Below are positions 42,915 to 54,804 of a stretch of DNA of 64,000 nt, one piece after another. Every line of letters begins with the position of its first letter. Within the stretch, counting starts at the first letter, position 1. The notes below the pieces were generated by a model. The model was not told the DNA's origin and did no database searches. It saw only the letters and a program-made list of their open reading frames with translations. Location: NCBI GenBank assembly GCA_026936335.1, contig JAPMXV010000046.1:248001-312000 (forward strand). The letters are read 5' to 3'. Source of the DNA: Mantamonas sphyraenae STR306 (lineage: Eukaryota > Protista > CRuMs). A program made the translations under genes and the position numbers.

Positions 42915-45900
42915 TCAAAAGTAAGCAGGAGGTGCATCGCTCTTGCCCGCGTTCTGCTGAGGAGGAGGCGGGGCGTCGTAGGCAGGAGCTGGATCGCTGC
43001 TGGGCGAATACTGCGGCGCCATGCCCACGACAGGTTGGCCGTACTGCTGCATGGGCGGCTGTCCATATTGAATAGCCGGCTGCCCGTACTGCATGCCTGG
43101 CTGGCCATACTGGATGGGCTGCTGCATGCCTCCCGATGGTTGGTACACAAAGTGCGACGCATCCATGCCACCATACCCATACATGTCCAGGTTAAACTGC
43201 TGTTGCTGCTGCTGTTGTGGCTGTTGTGGCGGGGCGTCCTGCGAGATGGCCTTCATCTCCATAGCCTCGCCTCCGCCGCCGCCGCCGACACTACCGCTTG
43301 CACCGCCTGCCACCATGATGTTGTGGCTGGCCGGCTCGTCCACGCTCCTCACATAGCCTCCAGAGCCACCTGTTCCTCTGTTGTTGTTGTTGCTGTTGTT
43401 GTTGTTGTTGTTGTTGTTGTTGAACATGGAAGCCAGCGGGCCTCGTCCACGCTTGCCGTTCACGATACACATCACGGCAGCAAACATGCCCACGCCAATG
43501 CCCAGGCCAGACACAAGACCGGCTACTTCTCCAGGTGTCAGGTTGCCTGGTTGCACGTTGATGGGTTTGCCTGAGGGTGTGGGGGTTGTGGTGGGTTCGG
43601 TGTTTGGTGTGCCGTAGTACGCACGCATGAGTGTGGCTGACGGCGAATCATCGCCGCTGACACTGCTCGTCAATGCACCCATGTTGACTGTGTACGAGTC
43701 CATGTAGCTTGCCCCGGTTCGAATCGACAGGCTCACGGTGACGTCACCCGTGACGGCGGACTTGTCCGAGGTGAGAAAGGTGCCTGGGTAGACGTTGTAC
43801 GAGGTGAATCCCGGGAAAATCACGTCCTGCACCTGGCTGACGGTTCGCCCAGGCACCGCCGGCGTGGCCACGGTAATGGTGCGCACGCCGCCAACGTTGC
43901 GCGGTGCGTGCGCCAAGTCCAGTGTGGCCACACGGCCACGATGCAGACGGATGTTGGCCACAAAGTTGGACTGCGTCACCGTGGACCACGCCACAGTGAT
44001 GGGCAGGGCCACATCGGGACGGATGCGGAAGCGCAGGAAGCGCGGGGTGCCGTCGGCCGCGGTGTGGTTGTTTGCCATCAGGGTGGCACATGTGACGTCG
44101 TACAGCTGGCTCATGGTCGACGATTCGTTGTCCACCCGCACACTTTGCATCTGCGGCCAGACAAAGGGACCCGTCACGGTGCCGTTGCTCCCTTCCTTGA
44201 CCCAGTACTCCACCAACACGCCGTTGGCCGCGGTGGCAGTGGTGCCCAGGTAGGACGGCGTGTGCCAAAACGCAAGCTGCAACCCTTGGCTGGCAGGCAC
44301 AAAGTCGGACAAGGGCCACACTGTCTCCGAGGCGTACAGCGCCTGGAAGTACGAGGCCGCCCACGACAGGTAGTATCGTGCCAACGAGTACGAGGCATCC
44401 ATCCAGTAGGGCTTCACCGTCTCACGCAAGTCGTGTTCGTAGGCCATGGGCAGGTGCGACCACACCTGGAATGCCTCGCGTGTGTTTGCATACGTGCCCG
44501 CACGTGTGATTTCGTACACGTCCAGCTGCGTGTCCTGCAGAAACACATTCACGTCCCACACTCCCGGCGGCAACGGTTCGGGCAGTTTGCACCGCTCCGT
44601 GTTGCCCGACGAGCTGCACGCCAACGGTCCATACGGACCCACGTACACCAATCGCCCATATCCCGACGACGCCACCAGCGCCAACACGATGTTGTCACGT
44701 GTGCTTGTGCTGGTCCCACCCGTCACGTGGGTGCTCTGCGACGATGCCAACGTGGGCTTGCTGCCATACGCGCTGAATCCCGACCAGGCCGTTGAACCAA
44801 TGCGGATCACCACTTGTGTGCGTGCCACCGCCGCCACCGTCACGCCACCGTCCAGCGACAGCGACACGTTGACGTTGCCTGCGGTGCTACGCGACGGCAG
44901 ACGGAAGGGAGTGGTGCGTGCAAGGGCAGGGTCGTCTGCGTTGAGCAGGGTCACCGGGATGGTGGGTGCCCCGTCGCTCTCCCAGCCCACGCGTGCTTCC
45001 AAGTGCACAGCCTGGCTTGCCACCGGCACAATGGGTTGCGAAAACAGCAGAAACAGCTCCTGCTGGCCGCCTGTGGCCACAAAGGAGGGAAAGGTGCTGC
45101 CCATCGCGTTCAGACCCGCGTTGGGATCCGTGATGGTGCCCTGCAGAGTCAGGTCGTCAAAGGCATAGTGGTCAAATGTGCTTCCCGAGAACGACGTCTG
45201 CTCAATCTCCCAGTAGCCTGGCTGCGACGACGTGTACGAGTGGGTGGCAAACGTAAACGCAGCCGCACGTTGCGAAGTGTAGCCGTACGACGTCGAGTAC
45301 AGCGTGGAGCCCAACTCGGTGCGAAAGCGAACGAAAAACACTTCGCCCGTGTCCGGCCGCTCGCAGGACGACGAGGAACCGCCCGCACGGAACCAGAAGG
45401 AAAACGTATACTGGTCCGCCGCCAGCAACACGGTGCGCAAGCGTCGACTCATCCCTTCAAACTTCCACGCGTACGTGCCCACCTTTGCACCGCAGGTGTT
45501 GGATCGCGTGCCCCGCAGGCTGCTGCTCTGGATCCACGGTTCGTACGTACCGGCCACGGCAAACGTCTCCGGCGTGAAGGGACCCGTCATCGGTGCGCCG
45601 TCCAAGGAGTCCGACGAGCCGCGACGACGCAAGGTCACAGGCAGATGCACCACAAGGGTGTTGTTGCGGCCGCCGTTGACAAACAGCACCAGGGTGCCAT
45701 TGGCCCACAGAATCTCCACCTCGGGCATGTACACCCCAGCTGGCAGATCGCTCGGCAGCGTGCATGTCACCGTGTATGCGTCCACCACAGTGGCATTGGC
45801 ACACTCGCGTCCGTCGTCCATTGCCACGGCCACCAAGGAAGAAGATGCCGAGCCGCCGGCTGCGAGGAAGCGGCCTTGTTCGTCGCGCAGGCGCAACTCG

Positions 45901-48900
45901 GCGCCAGAAGTGCCTTGCACCAACACACGGCTGACACTGGCACCCACACCCACGCTGGTGTGGTTGAGAAAGACATCTGGCACGGGTTTGCTCACGTGCA
46001 CCTTGAAGCGACGGTACGCGGTGGTGGTGGCGTTGGCACTGGCCACTGGCACCACCAACCCCACCCAGGGCACCATGTTGTTGTGTGGCACACGCACCAC
46101 CTGTGCCCCAATTGCTCCGTTGGCACCGGCCTGTACACGCACGCTGTTGGCTCCGTTGACCGCAGGCAACGCTGAGGGCTGAGTGGCAAGCCACATCTCC
46201 ACGTGGCCTTCCACACGCAGCGCTGCCACGCGTGTGACGCCAGCAATGCGCACATACGTGCCCTGGCCCGTGCCCACCACGCGGCCGTCGACGACGCCCT
46301 CCAGCGATTCCGTGTCACCGCGTACAAAGTCGTTGGCGTTCACCGTTTCGGTCAGATCGCGTTGCACCTGCAGAGTGCGCTCCGGTGCGCTGTACTGCAC
46401 GCCGTTGGGTGCATACGACACGGCATACGTCAGTGGCATGTAACGGGTGCCGTCCACACAGGCCACACAGCGCATGGGGAATGCCGACGGCGGCGGCGAC
46501 GACATCGACGCAAGCGTGCGGCTTTCCCACTCGCCTGTGCTGCGACGCATCAGCGTCACCGTGCCTGTCAAAGGCTGTCCGCTTGCCCATGCACTAAAGC
46601 CCAGGTCAGCAGAGGCAGAGGCGTCGATCCATGCCTCTTGGCAGGCGGACGACGGAATCAGTGCTCGGATGGCAGCGTTGACGTCGGCGCCGTCGATGGC
46701 CGCAACCACTTCGCCCGCCGTGGCGTTGCACATCGCTGTGGCGTCGGCCACACTGGTCACGTTGCCTTCAGACACAGCCACACGCAAGCACAGGCCGTCG
46801 TACAGCGTGCCGCCTGCGGGACAGCCGTGCGTGCCGCCAATTGCGCCAAAGATGCGGCTGTTCAGAGAGGACGTGGCTTCGGTGACACTCAACGACGTGC
46901 CGTTGACGCCTGCAGCAAATGGCACTTTGTCCAATGTCGTTGCAGTTTGGTTGGCGGTGTCCGACGCACGCCAGCGCAGGATGGATGCGGTGCCGTACGC
47001 ATTCAGATTCGACCCACGCACGGTCAGCACGCCGGTGGCGTCGGAAAACACCACGCGCGGCTCCACACTGTCCACCACAGGTGCGGTATACACGAGAAAG
47101 GTCGATTGGGCAGCCACGCCGCCACTCTGGCCTCCATTGAGAGACAACACGACCTCGGTGCTGCCCAGGGGCATGCCCGAAGGCGTGCTGACGGCCGCCA
47201 AAGTCAGCGTGGCACTGTTGACGTCGTACGAGAGCACACTCGTGGGCAAGTTGTGTCCGGCGAGCGAGACCACAGGCACAAGGTGGGTCAGGTCGAACGA
47301 GGCGCCCAGGTGCACCACCGCACGCACATGCAGCACCGTGCCACCTGTGCTGGGTCCAGCCAACGCAGCAGAGGCTGTGGCTGCCGAAATGTGAACTGAG
47401 CGCAGGTCGTACACAGTGATGCTGGGGGAGCCCGCTGCCAGGCGCAGGCCAACCACGGATTCGTTCACGTACAGCGAGACGGGAGTGCGACCCAAGGGCA
47501 AAGGCACGGCGGGCATGTCTGCACACTGCACCGCGGTGCCGTTGATGTATGCTGCGTTGGCACAGGACACCTGGTTGTTGAAAAGGATGGTGGCGGGTGT
47601 GGCATCGTTGCTCAGACCCGTGCCAAACAGCGTCAGGGGGCCACCCTTTGTGCTGGGCATGGCCGGAGGCCACACACGCACCACACTGGCCGTGGCACTC
47701 GTCACCGGCTGCACAGACACAGACAGCACACAGGTATCGTATGCAGGCGCCGTGCTCGTCGATCCGGACACGGCAACACTCACGTACGACGACGACAGTG
47801 ACAACGATGGTGCCAGAGTCACGGAAGCACCGTCGCCTGTGAGGGAATACACAGACGCAGAGGCAGCCACGTCGGCGGCAGTTGCGTCGCGCACGCGAGG
47901 CACATGCTCCACGTCGACGACGGATGCGTTGAGCACCGCGCCAATGGATGTGTTTGTGCACTGCAGCGAGATGGAAGTGTTGAAGGCACGCGTGACCAAC
48001 GTGCTTTCCATGGCCAGCACCACAGGCGTGTCACGAACGGCAAACACCAACGGCGTGCCAGGGTTCACCCACAACGGCGCCGTCACGTCCACACTCGTGT
48101 TTGTGTCGGGCACCTTGAACCCTACGCCGTCCAGAGATACACGCGGCACTCCATACACTCTTTGGTCCAACACCACCTGTTGGCACGCGGCACATGCGTC
48201 CGGAAGGGCGGCATCGGCCGTCGCAAAACGCCACTTGCCGTCACTCTGCGACACGTACACATCGCCGTTGGCCGGCGTACTCACTCCTGTGGCAAAGTTG
48301 GTGTACGCCAGAGTGGCGTTGGAGATGTACCACGAGGCGTTGGTCGCCGGGGCACGCACACGCAATCCAATCCACGCGGAGGTGTTGCGGCATTCGGGCA
48401 GGCTGCCAAGTTGCGAGATCAACTCTGTGGTTTGTTGGTCCACGCTGAGGGTGGCCAGGCGGAAGGCGGTGCCCACGGATTGTTGGCATGCGGCGTCCGC
48501 CTGTGCCTGTGATCGTGTTCCTGGGCCCAGCACACGCGTGTCGATACTTCGCATGCTACCGCGTGCCATACCGGGCAGACGCACGATGGCGCTGGTGAAC
48601 GAGTCGACCTGGGCCACAAAGGTGCGTGTGCCGATGCGCACGTAGGTGTTTCCTTGCACAAATCCGCTGCCAGACAGAGCGATCCGCACGTCGTTTGTGT
48701 CCCACACCGACGTGTTCACAGACACGCCCGTGACCTGCGGCGAGGCAGAAATATTCAACGGCGTGCTGCGATCCACCTGCAACCAGGACTGGCCGTTGTC
48801 CAGACTCAGCTCCAGTGTGTAGCTGCCAACTGGCATGGCCGGCGTGTTGGTTTGCACTTCCACCTCGTTGTGCGCGCCGCCTGAGACCAGGCCGGTCACC

Positions 48901-50318
48901 GAAGACGTCACTGGCGTAAAGGTGCCGTCTGCAACCTTTGTGTATCGCATCATCGCCTGTGGCACCACCTGGGTGGCCCACGAAGCGACGTCGCCGCCAG
49001 TCACTTCCAGAGCAAGACGCACACGCAGCTGCGACCCACCCAGCGTTTCGTGAAACACGGGATTCTTCAACACCGCCGCCGCCGCTGGCTCGAAGCGCAT
49101 GTCGTCCACAGCCCAATTGTCAAACGTGGGTCCCGAATAGAACGGCTGTCGGAAGCGAAACTGAAACAGTCCCGAGGCCGGGGCCGTGAATGTAAACGCA
49201 AAGGACGTAAACGCGGCAGGAGACGACGCATAATCCCAGCGTCGCAACACCTGAGGTGCCGTGCTTGATCCGTCCAGGCCCGTGAGCACCTCGAAAACCA
49301 GGTCGTCGCCGAGATCCGGCTGTTCGCACGTACCCAGCCCTCCACCACGAATGACATAGCCTGAGAAGCGGATGGTTGTGTTGAACAGCATGGCGTACGG
49401 CTGCGTGAGCAGCGATCGGTCGTACAGCTGAAATACAAGCGCAGCAGGCGACGACTCGAAGCCGCAAGCGGTGGAGTTTGTGGCCGAGTTGGTGAGATCG
49501 TATTGCCACAAGTCGCTTCGCTGCACGGAAAAGTCGTCCGTCTGCGAGCCTGTGGTTGTGCGTGTGATGGAATAGTGTGCGGGTGTACAAAGGAACACGG
49601 TAGGGTGAACGATGATGTCAGCCTGGGCTTGCTCTGACACTCGTGTGAGCGAGAAACGGTGGTTTACCTGAAGAGGGGCTCAGCACGGGCACGGACGAGA
49701 CATTCAAGAAAGCCAGATGGCTGACGTTGAGCTGGAGCACACGCACAGACACAGTGGTGGGGATGTTGATCACACACGTGTACTGCGTTGCTCCCGTTTT
49801 TGTCAGCTGGTTGCAGGGCATGTTGTCCAGCTTGACCTGCACGAAAATTCGGAGTGCGAAGCGAGTTTGCCAATTTGGTCCGTGAGAAGCACGGAAACAG
49901 GCGTCGCGAACCGGTGTCAGTGCCAGGGCTCCGGCACAGGGGCAACCTGCCCCTACTTGCATACACTCATGGACCCTCTTCAGCAGGCAGACGTCACACA
50001 CAGGCTGTGTGCACGCCAGCAACCGTCGCGACGACTGGCTGGGAGCCGGAACTCACCTCCGAAGCACTCAGAGTGCCTCCTGAGGACACACCATCGATCA
50101 CCAGTGTGTTTGCTGTACATAGTGGGGGGGGGTGTGTGAAAAGCGGGGAGAGGGAGAGTGTGAGTGACACAGGACGTGTGGACACTGTTTAGACGGGACG
50201 TCCGTGGCGCACGTCACGTACCCCTGCCCAGCAACACCACAGACGGTGTCACTGTCACAGCCGCAAGCGTCAGGTGCATGGTGCACGCAAACGCAAACAG
50301 AATCAATGGCAGACGCAT
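42915..50318 (-). CDS. Giant (about 2300 aa) single-pass surface protein with IPT/TIG-like, reelin-repeat-like and C-type-lectin-like domains
   Basis: Signal peptide MRLPLILFAFACTMHLTLA; three 5' introns; IPT-like motifs (GGPLTLFGTGL, GPSTGGTVL, LSLNGG); TM VAGLVSGLGIGVGMFAAVMCIV; cytoplasmic QYGQP repeats and terminal PPAYF. Confidence 0.8.
43379..43422. repeat. (TGT)n microsatellite encoding poly-Asn
   Basis: Directly visible. Confidence 0.9.
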
Positions 50319-50417
50319 GTTGTTGGTCAGCCAGTTGAGGAAACTTTGCCAACGGGAACGCAGGTGGCTCCGCTCCGCGGCAGCCATCCGAATCAAAAAG
50401 AGAGAGGCACACTCGCC

Positions 50418-51091
50418 ATGGGAGCAGACGGAGGAAGCGTACCTAAGCGACATGAAATTGTAAAACGAAAGCAAAGGGGCGAGGAGATGGACGAGGGCGA
50501 GAAGCGGCGCGTGCGCTGGTCGTTCTGCGCGCTTTCCGGCGCACCTCTGGACGTGCAACACATGGTGGCGTGTGCCCATGGCAATCTGTATAACAAACTG
50601 GCACTCCTCGACGCCATTGTCAGCAAAGACCCTGTGCTCCAGGAGGACGGGCTCACACACATTCGCGGCAGCAAGGACGTCTTTGACATTGCTGCCAACG
50701 TCAACACAAACGCCGCAAGCAGCAGCAGCGGATCACACGGTGGCAGCAAGGACACAGACACACAAGGGGATAAAGCACCCGAGTTTGTGTGTCCGGTGAC
50801 GTCGAAACATCTGAACGGAAGCGCCACCGTGGTTGCGCTGCGTTCCTGCGGCTGCTGGTTCCTTGCCTCTGCCCTGAGCATGATCAGTGGCACCCATTGT
50901 CCCGTGTGCAGCCAGGAGTACCGTGAATACGATGTCGTCGTCCTCAATCCCAACGAAACCGAGCTTCAGCAGAACAAAGAGCACGCCGCCGCTTGGAAAG
51001 CCGCTCGCAAGGCTGCCAAGAAGGCCAAAAAGAGCAGCAAGAGCAGTGACACGAACAACAGCAGCAGCAGATCGACGACAGAATCCACCAC

Positions 51092-51129
<38 letters not shown>

Positions 51130-51404
51130 CAACAACTACAACAACCAGCACGGCAGTAAGGAAACGCAAAGGGAGGTCAGACGAGCACACAAGTGCACAG
51201 GCAGGCAAGGAGACAAAACGCAGCCGTGTGGCCACCATCCAAATGGACAGTGTGTCTCGGGCCATTGAGGAAGAGGCCCGAGCCAAGGTGGAGGCCAGCT
51301 CGGCTGCGTTGCAGCGCTTGTTCCGCAAGGACAAGGACAAGGATGGCAAGAGTGGCAGCAGCGGAAGTTCAAACTCCTTCATTGCCACCACCGGCGGTGT
51401 TTGA
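50418..51404 (+). CDS. RTF2: Replication termination factor 2 (Rtf2 RING-like)
   Basis: MGADGGSVPKRHEIVK, WSFCALSG, ACAHGNLYNK, FVCPVT..LNG, LRSCGC, CPVC...DVVVLNP. Confidence 0.9.
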
Positions 51405-51417
51405 CCCAACCGACAGT

Positions 51418-52650
51418 CTACTTCTTCCCTCGCCGCCTTCGTGCTCGCTCTCTCTCCTCCTCTTCCCGGATGCGTTGCAATTCACGAGCATCTGTGCGTT
51501 TGGCAATCACCAAACTGCGCAGTTCCTCACGCTCTGCGTCTGCAAACGACGTCTCCTGGATGTCATCGTCGCCGTCGCCGCCGTCTCCTGCAACCTGCTG
51601 CAGATGCGACCTGTCACCAAACACCCGTGCCATCACACTGCCCACATCCTTCTCCTCGTCTGAATCCGAATCCGAATCTCCAAACTCAAACATGGATGGG
51701 TCCACCTCATCGCTGCTTGTGGGCGTCTGCTCCACACGCTGTCGCTTCGCCTCAGGCTCCACAATACCACTCGCCTTTGTTCCCTGGCTTGTCGTCCCTA
51801 CCTGTCTGTTCGTTGTCATGTCTTGCTTCCTCTCCTGCTTCAGCATCCCTTGCTGTCGTGGTTGTTGTGTGCCCTGGTCCCGATCACGCTTGCCCGCCTG
51901 CTGCTCCCTCTGTTCCTGTTGCTGCTTCTGTTTCTTCCGCTTCACCCTCATTTGCTCCATTCGTGCGTTTTCCACAGCCTGCTTCTTCCTCTCTTCCGCC
52001 TGTGCTGCTTCCCGAGCCTCTCGTTCCTTCTGCCTTGCCTCTTCTCGTTCCTTGACCCTGCGGGCCTTGATCAGCTGCTTCTTGCGCTCCAACTTGTCTG
52101 CCAGACTCTCGCCCTTCTTGGCCACACGCAGCACAGACAGCGCCTTGGCTTGTGGATCCCGAGCCTTCTGACGGCCCTTGGCACGCGCCGCCGCTCGCTT
52201 CTTCTCCAAGGCCTCCTGCAGCGCCTTTTTCTTCTCTTCTGCCGCCGCAATCGACACTTGCGTCAGTGCCACTGCATTGACGTCGATATCAGACCGCTTC
52301 ACCAGCGCCTCCCGTTCCTCCAGGTCCACAAACGCCTTGCGACTTGCACGACGCTGGTCTTGCGCCAATTTTTCACGCATAAACTCTCGGAATGAGCTTC
52401 CCATGCCCCCTCCTGCGGCATTTCCACCTCCAACACCCGTTGTTTGCTTCTTCTCGTCTAAACTCCGCTTCATGGTCGCCTTGAGCTGCCGCAGGTTGCT
52501 CGTCTCCTTCGGCGCTTGCTTCATCGACACCGCCTTGACCAGGTAGGCGTTGTCACGTGCTTTGGGCACCATCGATCCTACCCTGGCAGCCTCTGCCGCC
52601 TTGGCCTTGGCTTCCAACTGCGCTTGACGCCAACGCTGAGTCTGGTCCAT
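51418..52650 (-). CDS. SPT2: SPT2-like chromatin protein
   Basis: Charged coiled-coil protein with C-terminal IQETSFADAEREELRSLVIAKRTDARELQR, resembling SPT2 MEA.F.DI.KEE.RS...A..ED.EE. Confidence 0.65.
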   Translation of the reverse strand: MDQTQRWRQAQLEAKAKAAEAARVGSMVPKARDNAYLVKAVSMKQAPKETSNLRQLKATMKRSLDEKKQTTGVGGGNAAGGGMGSSFREFMREKLAQDQRRASRKAFVDLEEREALVKRSDIDVNAVALTQVSIAAAEEKKKALQEALEKKRAAARAKGRQKARDPQAKALSVLRVAKKGESLADKLERKKQLIKARRVKEREEARQKEREAREAAQAEERKKQAVENARMEQMRVKRKKQKQQQEQREQQAGKRDRDQGTQQPRQQGMLKQERKQDMTTNRQVGTTSQGTKASGIVEPEAKRQRVEQTPTSSDEVDPSMFEFGDSDSDSDEEKDVGSVMARVFGDRSHLQQVAGDGGDGDDDIQETSFADAEREELRSLVIAKRTDARELQRIREEEERERARRRRGKK

Positions 52651-52715
52651 GGAGGTGTTGGGCCGGGGAGGGGAGACACGGCCCGATTGCTCTTCATTGC
52701 ATGACACCCATCCTC

Positions 52716-54746
52716 CTACACCTCCTCCTCGTCCACGGGATCGCTGTCGGTCACTTCATCGGGTTCGTTGTCACTGCTGCTTGCTTGAGATGCGTTTGCG
52801 CTGGATGTGCTCGTGGTGGTGGTGGTTGTGCTTGTGGCGGGTGCAGTCGCTGTGGTTGCTGTCGACGATGTTGGCTGCTCGGCACTCCGGACAGCTGTGT
52901 TCATACGCCCCACCATGGCCATGGCGTCGTTCATGCGCGTGACGACACCACTCCCGGCCTGCCTGCCAATTCGATCCTGTTCCATGATCGCTCGCGCGAG
53001 CCTGCGCCTCTTGGCGGCCTGCATCAAGGTTTCACCCTTGTGTCGTGTGCCATCGCTGCTGCTGCTGTCGTCATCGTCGTTTTCTTCCACCACTTCTGCG
53101 TCCTCCCACTCGCCATCGTCCTCCATCGTCGTGCGGCTGCGCTTGCGCGTGTACAACGACCGCCCGCGATCCTTCAGGTGGTGGTCGTTCAGGTACAAAG
53201 TGCCCAGGTGTTCGATGATGCGCTTGAGAATCATGCGCGGCAGGTCGAACCATCGAAAGTCCATCTCGTCATCCACCTCGTACAACGGTTCGTCGTTCTC
53301 GTCCAGATGCGACAGCATGAGCAGAGTGAACACCTCGTCACGCATCTGCACGGGCCAGCGCATGTGGTTGGCTGCACTCCACTTGAACACAGGCAAGTCA
53401 AGGCGGTGGATGTCGTTCGTCCCCTTCAGATTTCGAGTTGCCGCCTGGCCCCCAAAGTAGTAGATGGCTGCGCCTGCGTGTTCGGTGCCCACCAAGCACG
53501 CCGTGTGGAAACGACGTGCTGGCAACGAGCCCTGGATCTGATCCACCTTGGTCCACACGCGCGTGCGCAGATTGCAACAGTACAGGCCCGACTCGCATCC
53601 ACTCCAGGAGCTGCATCCGCCGTGCACAAACAGCAAATCACCTACCAGGGCACTTGCGTGGCCACTCAGCCTGGGCGGCAACGAACCTGTGCCACGCACG
53701 CTTGCATGCCACCGCTTGGCACGCAGGTCGTACAGATTCAGGTTGCAATCCACGGGCGGCCATCCACCGCCCACCACAAGCAGGTACGGCTTTCCGTTGC
53801 GTGTGTAACCATGAAGTCCCGCGTGGTTCCTCCTCACCGGCCCATACTGCAGCGAGGTGCCAAGCTGCTCCAGCCGCCACTCTCGTTCTCCTGTACGGTC
53901 CATCCGCCACAGTTCCCGCGTGTTGGTCCGTGTGTACCCTCCAAATATATAGATTGATCCCTGAAACTCCACCATCGCCAGTCCTGAGGGGGTGGGGGCT
54001 CTGTGTGTCAGCCAGACTCGTCACGAGCGAAAGAGAGAGAACCAGCGCGCTTTCCGTCGGCCCCTCACCACACACACCGACACACACACACACATGCAAT
54101 CACTCCCAACATGTACACTGTGCTCATTTCTGCCTGGCAAACCCAAAGCAACGAGTGCATGCACCCTCTCACCCTTGCCATCGCCCGCGGACACTCTGTC
54201 GCGCCAAAATCTCGCCCGCGTTCCTGACGTCAACTTACCCCGGCGTTTCTCGAGCATATTGCCGTCCATGAGATGCACTGTGTGCTTCTCCCACTCCATC
54301 TCCTTCAGGTTCAGAAAGCAAAAGTCCTCGCGGCCCAGCGTGCTGGGCTCCGGGAGCGTGAAACGGTGAACGCCGCCAAACAAAACCATGTACTCGTCCA
54401 GAATCGCTGCGCCGTGGTCCGAGCGGCCCTCCGGCGAAAATTGGTCACCGGTCGGGTGGTGTTGCGTCCACTCGTTGCTCACCACGTCGTACACGTCCAA
54501 GTGGTCCAGCTCGTTCTCCGAGTCGCTAAATCCGCCGTAGATCACCAGTTTCGTCCCGCCGTACACACACATCGTCTGGTCGTGTCGCGCATGAGGCTTC
54601 CTGCCCACAGGTTCCCACTGCGCCACATTCATCTTTTGCCAACGTGCGTACGCACGTGACGACGGCGCGTGCACCATTGGCGCATGGTTGAATGTGGCCA
54701 TTCCCGTTCTTTCTGCTGGGTGAGGAAGCGCAAGTGTCGAGTCCAT
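52716..54746 (-). CDS. Kelch-repeat protein; 2 exons, intron about 53985-54239
   Basis: Six kelch-type blades (ARHDQ...YGG, GRSDH...FGG, RRG|LAM...FGG, RRNH...GGG, LSGH...HGG, RRFH...FGG). Confidence 0.85.
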
Positions 54747-54804
54747 TTCTTCCCGTGGAACCCCTCTCTCTCTCCCCCTCTCTCCCTCTGCACACACCAA
54801 TCCA

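Noticed and set aside
49994-50050. Apparent in-frame stop in the 5' part of the giant receptor
   Set aside because: It is removed by a canonical intron (GAG|GTGAGT ... GTGCAG|GTC), so it is not a frameshift or recoding.
51095-51128. (AGC)n run and similar poly-Ser/Gln/Asn tracts in SEC8, PCF11, THO2 and RTF2
   Set aside because: Ordinary coding microsatellites in disordered regions; no repeat-spacer structure, so not CRISPR-like.
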